Positions 8,994-17,393 of a stretch of DNA of 49,257 nucleotides are shown in pieces (position 1 is the first letter of the stretch; each line of letters begins with the position of its first letter). Made by a program: the position numbers and the translations under genes. The notes under the pieces were generated by a model. That model was not told the origin of the DNA. It made no database searches and worked only from the letters and a program-made list of their open reading frames with translations. The DNA is from Ferruginibacter sp. Its GTDB lineage: Bacteria > Bacteroidota > Bacteroidia > Chitinophagales > Chitinophagaceae. Where the stretch lies: assembly GCA_031385805.1 (NCBI GenBank), contig JANNBU010000375.1, forward strand, positions 1-49,257. Direction: 5' to 3'.

Positions 8994-10037
8994 ATGATCA
9001 GAAAAAAATATGAATGGATCTTTCATGCTATCGGTTGTTCAATTTTTTTATCTATCCCTTTTTTTACTTCACCCGAAAACCGTGGCAAAGGAATATTTGT
9101 AATAAATGTATTTGCCTGGAATGATTTTACACAATATGCATTACTGGTCTTATTTTTCTACCTGAATTATTTTGTTCTCATTCCGCGGATATATTTTACC
9201 CGGAAATATTTTTTATACTTTATCATGCTGTTAGCTGCTATGTGGCTGATAGCCTGGCTTCCTGGCTCTTTATTTAATGGCAGGCCTCCGGAACCGCCTC
9301 ATGCAGATATGGATATGCCTCGTCCTCCATCATTTGATAGAGGGCCGGGTAATTTTTTCTTTGCGAGGATCAATCACAATATTTTTCTTTTCCTGGCAGT
9401 TGCTTTTTTATCATTGTTATTAAGGATCAGGAACCGTTGGCAACAATCAGAAAAAGAAAGATTGGATGCAGAATTGTCTTACCTGAAAGCACAGATCAAT
9501 CCGCATTTTCTTTTCAATACACTCAATTCCATTTATTCGCTTGCAATACAAAAATCAGATAGCACACCGGAAGCCGTGCAAAAGTTATCATCCATGATGC
9601 GGTATATATTAGCCGAATCAAACAACGATTTTGTTCCTTTACATAAGGAACTCGATTATATCCGTAATTATATCGATCTGCAACAATTGCGTTTCGGAAA
9701 TGAATTAAAACTTAACTACAGTATCTGGGGAAATGAAAAAAATAAAAAGATAGCACCACTGATCCTTATCTCATTCATTGAAAATGCTTTCAAATACGGT
9801 ATCAATGCAGAAGAAGATACCAATATAAAAATTGTAATAAATATTTACGAACAAAGATTAGAAATGTTTGTTTCAAATAATAAAGTAACTGTGCAGGTGA
9901 ATGAAGAAGATAAAAGCGGTATTGGCCTTGAAAATACCAGCAGCAGGCTTGAACTGGTTTATCCATATTCACACAAGCTGTTGATACAGGAAGATGAAAA
10001 GCAATTTACTGTAAACCTTAGTATTGATCTGATATGA
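8994..10037 (+). CDS. LytS/YehU-type sensor histidine kinase
   Basis: N-terminal TM helices; LKAQINPHFLFNTLN; ENAFKYG; SGIGLEN. Confidence 0.92.
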   Translation: MIRKKYEWIFHAIGCSIFLSIPFFTSPENRGKGIFVINVFAWNDFTQYALLVLFFYLNYFVLIPRIYFTRKYFLYFIMLLAAMWLIAWLPGSLFNGRPPEPPHADMDMPRPPSFDRGPGNFFFARINHNIFLFLAVAFLSLLLRIRNRWQQSEKERLDAELSYLKAQINPHFLFNTLNSIYSLAIQKSDSTPEAVQKLSSMMRYILAESNNDFVPLHKELDYIRNYIDLQQLRFGNELKLNYSIWGNEKNKKIAPLILISFIENAFKYGINAEEDTNIKIVINIYEQRLEMFVSNNKVTVQVNEEDKSGIGLENTSSRLELVYPYSHKLLIQEDEKQFTVNLSIDLI

Positions 10038-10729
10038 TAAAAGCAATTGCCATAGATGATGAAATACCTGCACTGCAGATCATAGAAATATTCTGTAGTA
10101 AGATCGATTTTTTGCAATTAGAAAAAAGTTTCAACAAGCCAACAGATGCATTAAAATATATAAATAAATTCCCTGTAGATCTTTTGTTTCTTGATATCAA
10201 CATGCCATCACTGAGCGGACTGGAATTGTATAAAAGTATCAAACAGGAAACCATGGTGATATTTACCACGGCACACAGTGATTATGCAGTTGAAGGTTTT
10301 AACCTGAATGCTGTTGATTTTTTATTAAAGCCATTTACATTCGAAAGATTTTTGCAAGCAGCCGGTAAAGCAAACCAATATTACCAGTATCAAAATACTT
10401 CAAATACAACAACACAGAATAATTTTATCTATATCAGGGCAGATTACAGCCTGGTAAAAATAGATATCAATGACATTATTTTAGTTGAAGGGCTGGATGA
10501 TTATCTAAAGATATATTTGGTATCACAAAAACCTGTTGTTGCAAGAATGACGATCAAAAGCATCCTTGAAAAACTTCCCACAAATAATTTCATACGGGTA
10601 CACAGGAGCTATATAGTAGCTTTTGATAAAATAAAAAGTATCCGGGGCAAAATAATCTCCATTGCTGAAGAAGATATCCCCATTGGAAGCAGCTATGAGG
10701 AAAATTTCCTAAAACTCCTTAACAAATAG
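10034..10729 (+). CDS. LytTR-family response regulator
   Basis: IDDE, FLDINMP, FTTA, LLKP receiver motifs; FIRVHRSYIV LytTR motif. Confidence 0.95.
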   Translation: MIKAIAIDDEIPALQIIEIFCSKIDFLQLEKSFNKPTDALKYINKFPVDLLFLDINMPSLSGLELYKSIKQETMVIFTTAHSDYAVEGFNLNAVDFLLKPFTFERFLQAAGKANQYYQYQNTSNTTTQNNFIYIRADYSLVKIDINDIILVEGLDDYLKIYLVSQKPVVARMTIKSILEKLPTNNFIRVHRSYIVAFDKIKSIRGKIISIAEEDIPIGSSYEENFLKLLNK

Positions 10730-10734
10730 CTGCA

Positions 10735-10763
10735 TTTACCGCAGGAATTTATTGGTTTACCGC
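10735..10763 (+). promoter_or_regulatory. Putative LytTR binding site
   Basis: TTTACCGC at 10735 and 10756, a 21-bp period, upstream of the dioxygenase genes. Confidence 0.55.
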
Positions 10764-10829
10764 TATTATTTTTATCTCGCAGTGGTGCTTTTTACTTTTA
10801 AAATAATTTTAAATACTAAAAAGATTTCT

Positions 10830-12086
10830 ATGAGATCAAATTCTCCCAGGCGGCAGTTTTTAAGCAGGGTCGGTGTATTGAGTTTGGGAACACTTCTGCC
10901 ATTTCCAAAAAATATTTCAGCTCATGAATCAATCGGCCAAGATCCAACTGCCTGTACTTTAATACCATCAGAAACACGCGGGCCGTTCCCGTTATTTGAT
11001 GCTACAGCAATAGCATCCCAATCGGCTTTAATACGCAGCGACATAAGGGAAACACAAACAGGCGTTCCCTTTGTTTTAACTATGACCGTTCAAAACCTAA
11101 ATTGCACACCGCTCTCGGGACTAAAAGTATATATCTGGCATTGCTCTAAAGACGGCTTGTATTCAGGATATAGCAATGGAATGAATCCGGGCCAGGCCGG
11201 GCTTACCTATTTACGTGGTATTCAAACTTCAGATGCTGCCGGGCAGGTTGTATTTACAACTGTTTATCCGGGTTGGTATAACGGCAGATTAACACATATC
11301 CATTGCGAAATATACGCCGGCAATGTACTGGTTCATACTTCACAATATGCGTTTCCATTAGATAGCGTTGCCGGCAGTACTACTGCACTCGTGAATGCTT
11401 ATTATGGAAAACCCAATAATTCCATCACAGCGTACAGTGGCGATAATGTATTTAATAACGGGTATGCTGAACAGCTTTTAAACCCTGTTGGAAGTGTTGC
11501 AACCGGTTATACTGCCAGCCATAGTTTTATTGCTAACTATACACCGGTTCCATTGCATCTTATTTCTTTTACAGCAGGAGTGGAAAACAGGAATCCAATG
11601 CTCTGGTGGATCACTGAAAATGAATTAAACTTCAGTCGTTTTGAAATTGAACAAAGCACGCATCCTTCCAGGAATTTTCAAACTGTTGGAACAGTAAATG
11701 CTTCAAATGGTTCTTCCATCAATAATTACAGCTTCAGCCTGCAACAGCCATTGCCTGCTGAAATTACTTATTTCAGGTTAAAGATAATTGACATAGATGG
11801 CACATTTACATACAGTGGTATAGTAACGCTTCATTCTGATTCTATTGAAACGATCAGTCTTGTAAATTCTTTTGCTACTGACCTGCTTGTCATTAAACAT
11901 CCCGCCGTTTACAGCAACAGTATTTTAAAGATCATAAATATGAGCGGGCAGCTAATGGGCACCGGTAAATTGAAAACAGGTGTTTCTTTAACAAGTATTG
12001 ACATTAAGTTTCTTAAAAAGGGGGTTTACCTGTTGATCATAGAAAGCGGAATCGACAGGTTTGTAACGAAATTTTATAAGGGATAA
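10830..12086 (+). CDS. Intradiol ring-cleavage dioxygenase-like protein with Tat-like signal and T9SS-type C-terminal domain
   Basis: RRQFL twin-arginine; ETRGPF, IWHC..DGLYSGY, YLRGIQ, YPGWYNGRLTHIH; PVPL..F..W.T.NE..YFRLK..D.DG; C-terminal LKKGVYLL...KFYK. Confidence 0.85.
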   Translation: MRSNSPRRQFLSRVGVLSLGTLLPFPKNISAHESIGQDPTACTLIPSETRGPFPLFDATAIASQSALIRSDIRETQTGVPFVLTMTVQNLNCTPLSGLKVYIWHCSKDGLYSGYSNGMNPGQAGLTYLRGIQTSDAAGQVVFTTVYPGWYNGRLTHIHCEIYAGNVLVHTSQYAFPLDSVAGSTTALVNAYYGKPNNSITAYSGDNVFNNGYAEQLLNPVGSVATGYTASHSFIANYTPVPLHLISFTAGVENRNPMLWWITENELNFSRFEIEQSTHPSRNFQTVGTVNASNGSSINNYSFSLQQPLPAEITYFRLKIIDIDGTFTYSGIVTLHSDSIETISLVNSFATDLLVIKHPAVYSNSILKIINMSGQLMGTGKLKTGVSLTSIDIKFLKKGVYLLIIESGIDRFVTKFYKG

Positions 12087-12116
12087 TTAAATTCATGAAA
12101 AACTAAAATCAATTCC

Positions 12117-12830
12117 ATGGAACGTAAAGATTTTTTGAGAAACTCATTGGGGTTACTAAGTGCCGCAACGATCATTGATGCCTGTAAGAAAAAAGATGAA
12201 ACTGGCTCTGGAAACAATAACGGCGCCTGCAAAGAAACCCCAACAGAAGTGGAAGGCCCTTATCCTTATGTTGGCGGGGAAATAACAAATCCTTTACAAA
12301 GGGTTGACGTAACAGGCGGACAAACAGGGCTGCCATTGTCTTTAACTTTCAATGTTATAAATATCAATAACAGTTGTGCTGCGGTTGCCAATGCAAGGGT
12401 TGATATCTGGCATTGCAATAAAGATGGTTATTACTCCGGGTACGGAAATCAAACCGGCGGCTCATTGGGCACACAAAGTTATGTAGGCGAAACCTGGTTA
12501 AGGGGTTACCAGTTAACAGATGCAAGTGGTAAAGCAATATTTAATACCATCTATCCTGGTTGGTACCAGGGCAGGGCAACTCATATTCATATAGAAGTAT
12601 TTGTAAATAATGTTTTAAAAAAAGCCACACAGATAACTTTTCCTGAAACAATTTCTGATGCAGTACATCTCACTGCATTATATGCTGCTCATGGAATAAA
12701 TACTATGAGGAATTCTTCAGATGGCATCTTCAATAATTCAGCAACAGATCTGGCAACTGAAACAGTTGCATTGACAGGAAATACTACTGCGGGTTACACA
12801 GGCTCTTATACGATCGGGATCGCTTTATAA
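12117..12830 (+). CDS. Intradiol ring-cleavage dioxygenase-like lipoprotein
   Basis: ERKDFL Tat-like motif plus IDAC lipobox; EGPYP, DIWHC..DGYYSGY, YPGWYQGRATHIH. Confidence 0.88.
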   Translation: MERKDFLRNSLGLLSAATIIDACKKKDETGSGNNNGACKETPTEVEGPYPYVGGEITNPLQRVDVTGGQTGLPLSLTFNVININNSCAAVANARVDIWHCNKDGYYSGYGNQTGGSLGTQSYVGETWLRGYQLTDASGKAIFNTIYPGWYQGRATHIHIEVFVNNVLKKATQITFPETISDAVHLTALYAAHGINTMRNSSDGIFNNSATDLATETVALTGNTTAGYTGSYTIGIAL

Positions 12831-12858
12831 ATCTAAATGAAAAACCATGGAAAAATTA

Positions 12859-12925
12859 GTTTAGAAAGTTTAGAGTTTCAGCTCTATAATAACTAAACCC
12901 TCTAAACTTTCTAAACTTCTAAACC
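12859..12925. repeat. Inverted short-tandem-repeat element (GTTTAG / CTAAAC units)
   Basis: GTTTAGAAA GTTTAGA GTTT ... CTAAACCCT CTAAACTTT CTAAACTT CTAAAC. Confidence 0.8.
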
Positions 12926-12935
12926 TTTGTACTTA

Positions 12936-13436
12936 ATGTCAGCACTCATAAAAATTTCCTACCGGCATATCATTGATGCTTCTGCACAGAGTCAATTTGA
13001 AAAAAATGTGTTCCATTTTTTTTATGAAGAATTTTTGTTGAAATCACAGGCATATAACCCCGAAGGGAAATTTCAAACATTCACTGAATTAAAAGCAAAT
13101 GATGGCAGGGCAAATTCATTGCACTATAAATCAGGTTTTGCCGTAACAGGTTTTATAGAATCACTCAATAAAAAGATTCCTTTCCTGGAAGACACTACAG
13201 GCAAACAAATAACATTTGATATATGTAATCTTGAGGTAATTGAAACTGATATCAGCAATCGCCTGTATCATACAGTAGCATTACATTTTACAACAGCAGT
13301 CCTTCGGTTACATCAATCATTTGGGCAATTTTTAGTGCTTTCAGAAGAGAAAAACAGCGAATCCAATCCTCATGAAACATTCACGTTGCAATTGCAACCG
13401 AATGTTGCTGTTGTTCATTATGAAGAAATAAAATGA
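12936..13436 (+). CDS. Hypothetical protein
   Basis: ~166-aa ORF with normal composition; ATG at 12936. Confidence 0.7.
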   Translation: MSALIKISYRHIIDASAQSQFEKNVFHFFYEEFLLKSQAYNPEGKFQTFTELKANDGRANSLHYKSGFAVTGFIESLNKKIPFLEDTTGKQITFDICNLEVIETDISNRLYHTVALHFTTAVLRLHQSFGQFLVLSEEKNSESNPHETFTLQLQPNVAVVHYEEIK

Positions 13437-14708
13437 TCAGCTAATAGCAAACCGGTTGTTATTTTCAGAACGAAAAATAAAATTGAACCAGCTTGTTATG
13501 ATTGACGATGAAACAAAGTAAGCGATCAGGATATATCTTATCGAATGTGAAAAAGTTGCCGCTTTAAACCAATCTCCGAAATAAAGTATGATCCCAATAC
13601 CTGCACTGCATTTAACAAATTCCCAGATAAATGCATACTCATTCCTATCCATTAATTCGGTGAAAGCATACACGTATAAAAAAACAAATGCCCCGTAAAT
13701 AAATATTCCCGGGTTGCCAACCAATGCAATATTACCGAAGAGATAACTTACAAATAGCAGTAGTAGTATCATTTGTAACCAGGTCCATGCTAAAAACAAT
13801 GTTGAATAGCCGGTATCGTATTTTTCAAAATCATACACATCTTCGATCTTGTAAACATGGTATTTTTCTTCAACATCAGCAGGGCGCCAACCGGTAGGCA
13901 TATAGAATACTTTCAATTTATCACTCCAGCTTTTGGCATACCAGGCATCTCTTATCATCAGCCATAAATGCTGAAAATTAATTTTGATCGGGTTCCAGGT
14001 ACGAACAGGTCTTGTAATTCCATACACTGCCGGCACGTCTTTTAATTCTTCCTGGAAAGTGTCAAATATTTTATCCCAGAAAATAAATATCTGTCCGTAA
14101 TTCTTATCAATGTATTCTTTGTTGATGGCATGATGAACACGGTGATGCGAAGGTGTTACAATTACTTTTTCTAAAAATCCCATCTTGCCAATATGCTGCG
14201 TATGATACCAAAACTGTGCAAATAAATGCAGGGGTGCTACCACAGCAATAACCTGTGCCGGTACACCAAACAACGCTGCAGGTAATAATAGTATGATAAA
14301 TAATCTTACAAAAACAGAAACACTTTGTCTCAATGCACAGGCAAGGTTAAACTCTTCGCTGCTGTGATGAATGATATGGCTGTTCCAGAAAAAATTTACC
14401 CGGTGATCAAGTGCATGAACAACATATCCTGCAAAATCCAATACAATAAATGCAATCAAATAAGTAAGCCAGGTGGCGCTGATATGAGTAATTGCGATCC
14501 TGTTTACCAGCCATTCGTAAGAAATTAAGGCAATACTTAATCCCAATACATCTTTGGTAACATTGGTAACACCTGAGCTGAGGCTTGAGATCATATCCAT
14601 ATTACGCACTGTATCTTTTCCTTTACGCCAGCCATACCATTTTTCAAAAAGTACGAGTAGTAAAAAGACGGGCATTGCGATCAATAAAATTTTACCGTAT
14701 GCTTCCAT
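13437..14708 (-). CDS. Sterol desaturase / fatty acid hydroxylase family membrane protein (alkylglycerol monooxygenase-like)
   Basis: His boxes HALDH, HIIHHS, HHRVHH; NYG..FIFWD. Confidence 0.88.
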   Translation of the reverse strand: MEAYGKILLIAMPVFLLLVLFEKWYGWRKGKDTVRNMDMISSLSSGVTNVTKDVLGLSIALISYEWLVNRIAITHISATWLTYLIAFIVLDFAGYVVHALDHRVNFFWNSHIIHHSSEEFNLACALRQSVSVFVRLFIILLLPAALFGVPAQVIAVVAPLHLFAQFWYHTQHIGKMGFLEKVIVTPSHHRVHHAINKEYIDKNYGQIFIFWDKIFDTFQEELKDVPAVYGITRPVRTWNPIKINFQHLWLMIRDAWYAKSWSDKLKVFYMPTGWRPADVEEKYHVYKIEDVYDFEKYDTGYSTLFLAWTWLQMILLLLFVSYLFGNIALVGNPGIFIYGAFVFLYVYAFTELMDRNEYAFIWEFVKCSAGIGIILYFGDWFKAATFSHSIRYILIAYFVSSSIITSWFNFIFRSENNNRFAIS

Positions 14709-14774
14709 AAAAAATAATCACTCGAAATTAATTTAATTATTTCAACTTTGGAAACGATTCAATAACATATATTA

Positions 14775-14849
14775 TCACGCAAAGGCGCTAAGAAGTGCAA
14801 GGATCGCTAAGACCCTTTGCGGCTTCGCTCCTTTGCGATCTTAGCGAGA
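14775..14849. repeat. CGCAAAG/CGCTAAG-type palindromic element
   Basis: CGCAAAG CGCTAAG TGCAAG CGCTAAG ... CTTTGCG CTTCGC CTTTGCG CTTAGCG inverted arrays. Confidence 0.75.
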
Positions 14850-14883
14850 AATAAAAATTTAGAAAAAGTTTTAATAAAATTAT

Positions 14884-16005
14884 TTGACAACATTCACCTG
14901 CATCGATGCCCATACCTGCGGCAATCCCGTACGCCTTGTAAAAGAAGGTGGTCCGGTACTTATTGGAAATAATATGAGTGAAAAGCGCCAACATTTTTTA
15001 AAAGAATATGACTGGATAAGAAAAGGATTGATGTTTGAGCCACGAGGCCACGATATGATGAGTGGAAGTATTTTATATCCTCCACATGACCCTGCTAATG
15101 ATATTGCTGTATTATTTATAGAAACGAGTGGTTGCCTCCCTATGTGCGGGCATGGAACCATTGGCACCATTACCATTGCTATTGAAGAAGGATTGATAAA
15201 ACCAAAAATTCCAGGTATTGTAAGAATGGAAGCGCCGGCAGGTTTGGTAATGGTTGAGTATAAGACAAAGCCCCATCTATCTCCCCCGAAGGGGGAGGAA
15301 AAGGAGGAGATTGAAGCGGGTGAAATAAAGCCCCTCCTATCCTCCCCGAAGGGGAGGGAGATGGAAAAGATTGAAGCGGAAAATACTTTGAGTAAAATAA
15401 AAGTTGATACGGTAAAACTGACAAATGTTCCTTCGTATTTAGCCGCAACGGAATTGATTGTTGATTGCCCTGGTTTGGGAGAATTAGTAATTGATGTTTC
15501 TTATGGCGGGAATTTTTATGCGATCATTGATGTACAGAAAAATTTCAAAGGATTAGAATTTCATAGTGCTGCTGAATTAATTGGCTGGTCTGGTGAATTG
15601 AGAAAACGCATCAATGAAAAGTATAAATTTATTCATCCTGAAAATGAAACGATCAGGGGATGCAGCCATATTTTGTGGACAGGCGCTGTTATGGATAAAA
15701 GTTCTACAGCAAGGAATGCTGTTTTTTACGGCGACAAAGCCATTGACCGCAGCCCCTGCGGCACAGGCACTTCAGCACGTATGGCGCAATGGTATGCTAA
15801 AGGAAGATTAAAAAAAGGCGATGAATTTATTCATGAAAGCATCATCGGGAGTAAATTTACCGGGCGAATCGAAGAAGAAGTGACTGTGAATGGAATAGCA
15901 GCTATTCGTCCGAGTATTGAGGGCTGGGCTAGAATATATGGACATAATATTATTACAATAGATCAGGAAGATGATCCGTATGCGTACGGATTCCAAACCC
16001 CCTGA
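14884..16005 (+). CDS. 4-hydroxyproline 2-epimerase (proline racemase family) with a repeat-derived insertion
   Basis: IDAHTCGNP, EPRGH, MCGH, SYGGNFY, DRSPCGTGTSA; TTG start. Confidence 0.9.
   Translation: MTTFTCIDAHTCGNPVRLVKEGGPVLIGNNMSEKRQHFLKEYDWIRKGLMFEPRGHDMMSGSILYPPHDPANDIAVLFIETSGCLPMCGHGTIGTITIAIEEGLIKPKIPGIVRMEAPAGLVMVEYKTKPHLSPPKGEEKEEIEAGEIKPLLSSPKGREMEKIEAENTLSKIKVDTVKLTNVPSYLAATELIVDCPGLGELVIDVSYGGNFYAIIDVQKNFKGLEFHSAAELIGWSGELRKRINEKYKFIHPENETIRGCSHILWTGAVMDKSSTARNAVFYGDKAIDRSPCGTGTSARMAQWYAKGRLKKGDEFIHESIIGSKFTGRIEEEVTVNGIAAIRPSIEGWARIYGHNIITIDQEDDPYAYGFQTP
15267..15379 (+). repeat. Two tandem REP copies (60-bp period) in frame inside the epimerase
   Basis: AAAGCCCCATCTATCTCCCCCGAAGGGGGAGG...GATTGAAGCGG then AAAGCCCCTCCTATCCTCCCCGAAGGGGAGGG...GATTGAAGCGG. 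Confidence 0.9.
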
Positions 16006-16154
16006 CCCCCTAAAGGGGGAACCTTAATTCGAAATACCTTGATAGGTAGGTTACAATTTACTGAACGAAGTTTTAAATACTATCAATTATAAAAGTGGAT
16101 TCAAATTTAAAATACAGTAACGATCCAGGTTCCCCCTTTAGGGGGTCAGGGGGT
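15997..16154. repeat. REP pair forming a perfect 28-bp inverted repeat overlapping both flanking CDSs
   Basis: 15997-16024 ACCCCCTGACCCCCTAAAGGGGGAACCT is the reverse complement of 16127-16154. Confidence 0.9.
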
Positions 16155-17393
16155 ATTGTGATCATCGGTGGAGGTATCATCGGTTTATGCAGTGCATACT
16201 ATTTACAAAAAGAAGGTTATGCAGTTACTATCATTGATCGTGGAGATATAACCGATGGCTGTTCTTTTGGCAACATGGGATATATGTCGCCCAGTCATTT
16301 TATTCCATTGGCATCGCCGGGTATCATTGGAGAAGGCATTAAACATATGCTCAAAAGCAGCAGTCCATTTTACATAAAACCCAGGCTGAATAAGGATCTT
16401 CTGCAATGGGGCTATCATTTCTGGAAAAGCAGTAATGCAAAAACGGTTACAAAGAATTCACCGCACCTGAATAATATTCTACAACTCAGCCGGCATTTAA
16501 TGAATGAAATGCGGATGAAGATAGGTGATCATTTTGATATGCAGGAGATCGGATGCCTGATGATGTGCAGGGAATTAAAAACACTCGATCATGAATTTCA
16601 CATGGCAGATGATGCAGAGAAATTCGGGTTGAAAGTAGAAAGACTCAATGCACAACAGGTGCAGCAATTAGAACCAGACGTAGAATTGAATGTATCCGGT
16701 GCCGTGTTATTCAAAGATGATTGTCATTTCAATCCCGGCAAACTCATGCTTACGCTGAAAGATCATCTTATAAGATCGGGTGTGCAATTTCAATTAAATA
16801 CAACAGTGAAAGGTTTTGAAAAAAACGATCATAAAATTTCAGCAGTCATTACTGATAAGGAAAAAATTGATTGCAATGAATTGATCGTTGCTACCGGAAG
16901 CTGGTTGCCCAAACTTGCAAAAATGATGGGTATAAAATTATTATTACAACCGGGTAAGGGTTACAGTTATACTTATCCCTTTGTAGAAAAAAATATAAAA
17001 TACCCAGCCATATTGGTTGACGGAAGATGCGCCATCACTCCCTGGGGAAATCAACTCCGAATTGGTGGTACTATGGAAATAAGTGGTATCAACAATAAAG
17101 TATTGATTAAACGCATGCAGGGCATTTATGATTCTGCGAAAGATTTTTATCCGGGATTAAAAATTGATCTCCCACCTGCAGATAAGATATGGCATGGGCT
17201 CAGGCCAGTAACACCCGATGGGCTTCCATACATCGGCAGGGTTTCAAAATACGACAACGTAGTTTTTGCAGGCGGACATGCCATGCTGGGAATTTCGGAG
17301 GGAACGGGCACAGGTAAACTTGTATCTGAAATTGTAGAAGGGAAAAATACAACCATCGATATCCGTGCTTTCAATCCCGGCAGGTTTAAGTAA
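16095..17393 (+). CDS. FAD-dependent D-amino acid dehydrogenase, probable D-hydroxyproline dehydrogenase
   Basis: IIGGGIIG Rossmann motif, CSFGNMG, PGKGYS, WHGLRPVTPDGLP, GHAMLG; adjacent to the epimerase; start uncertain (GTG). Confidence 0.88.
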   Translation: MDSNLKYSNDPGSPFRGSGGIVIIGGGIIGLCSAYYLQKEGYAVTIIDRGDITDGCSFGNMGYMSPSHFIPLASPGIIGEGIKHMLKSSSPFYIKPRLNKDLLQWGYHFWKSSNAKTVTKNSPHLNNILQLSRHLMNEMRMKIGDHFDMQEIGCLMMCRELKTLDHEFHMADDAEKFGLKVERLNAQQVQQLEPDVELNVSGAVLFKDDCHFNPGKLMLTLKDHLIRSGVQFQLNTTVKGFEKNDHKISAVITDKEKIDCNELIVATGSWLPKLAKMMGIKLLLQPGKGYSYTYPFVEKNIKYPAILVDGRCAITPWGNQLRIGGTMEISGINNKVLIKRMQGIYDSAKDFYPGLKIDLPPADKIWHGLRPVTPDGLPYIGRVSKYDNVVFAGGHAMLGISEGTGTGKLVSEIVEGKNTTIDIRAFNPGRFK

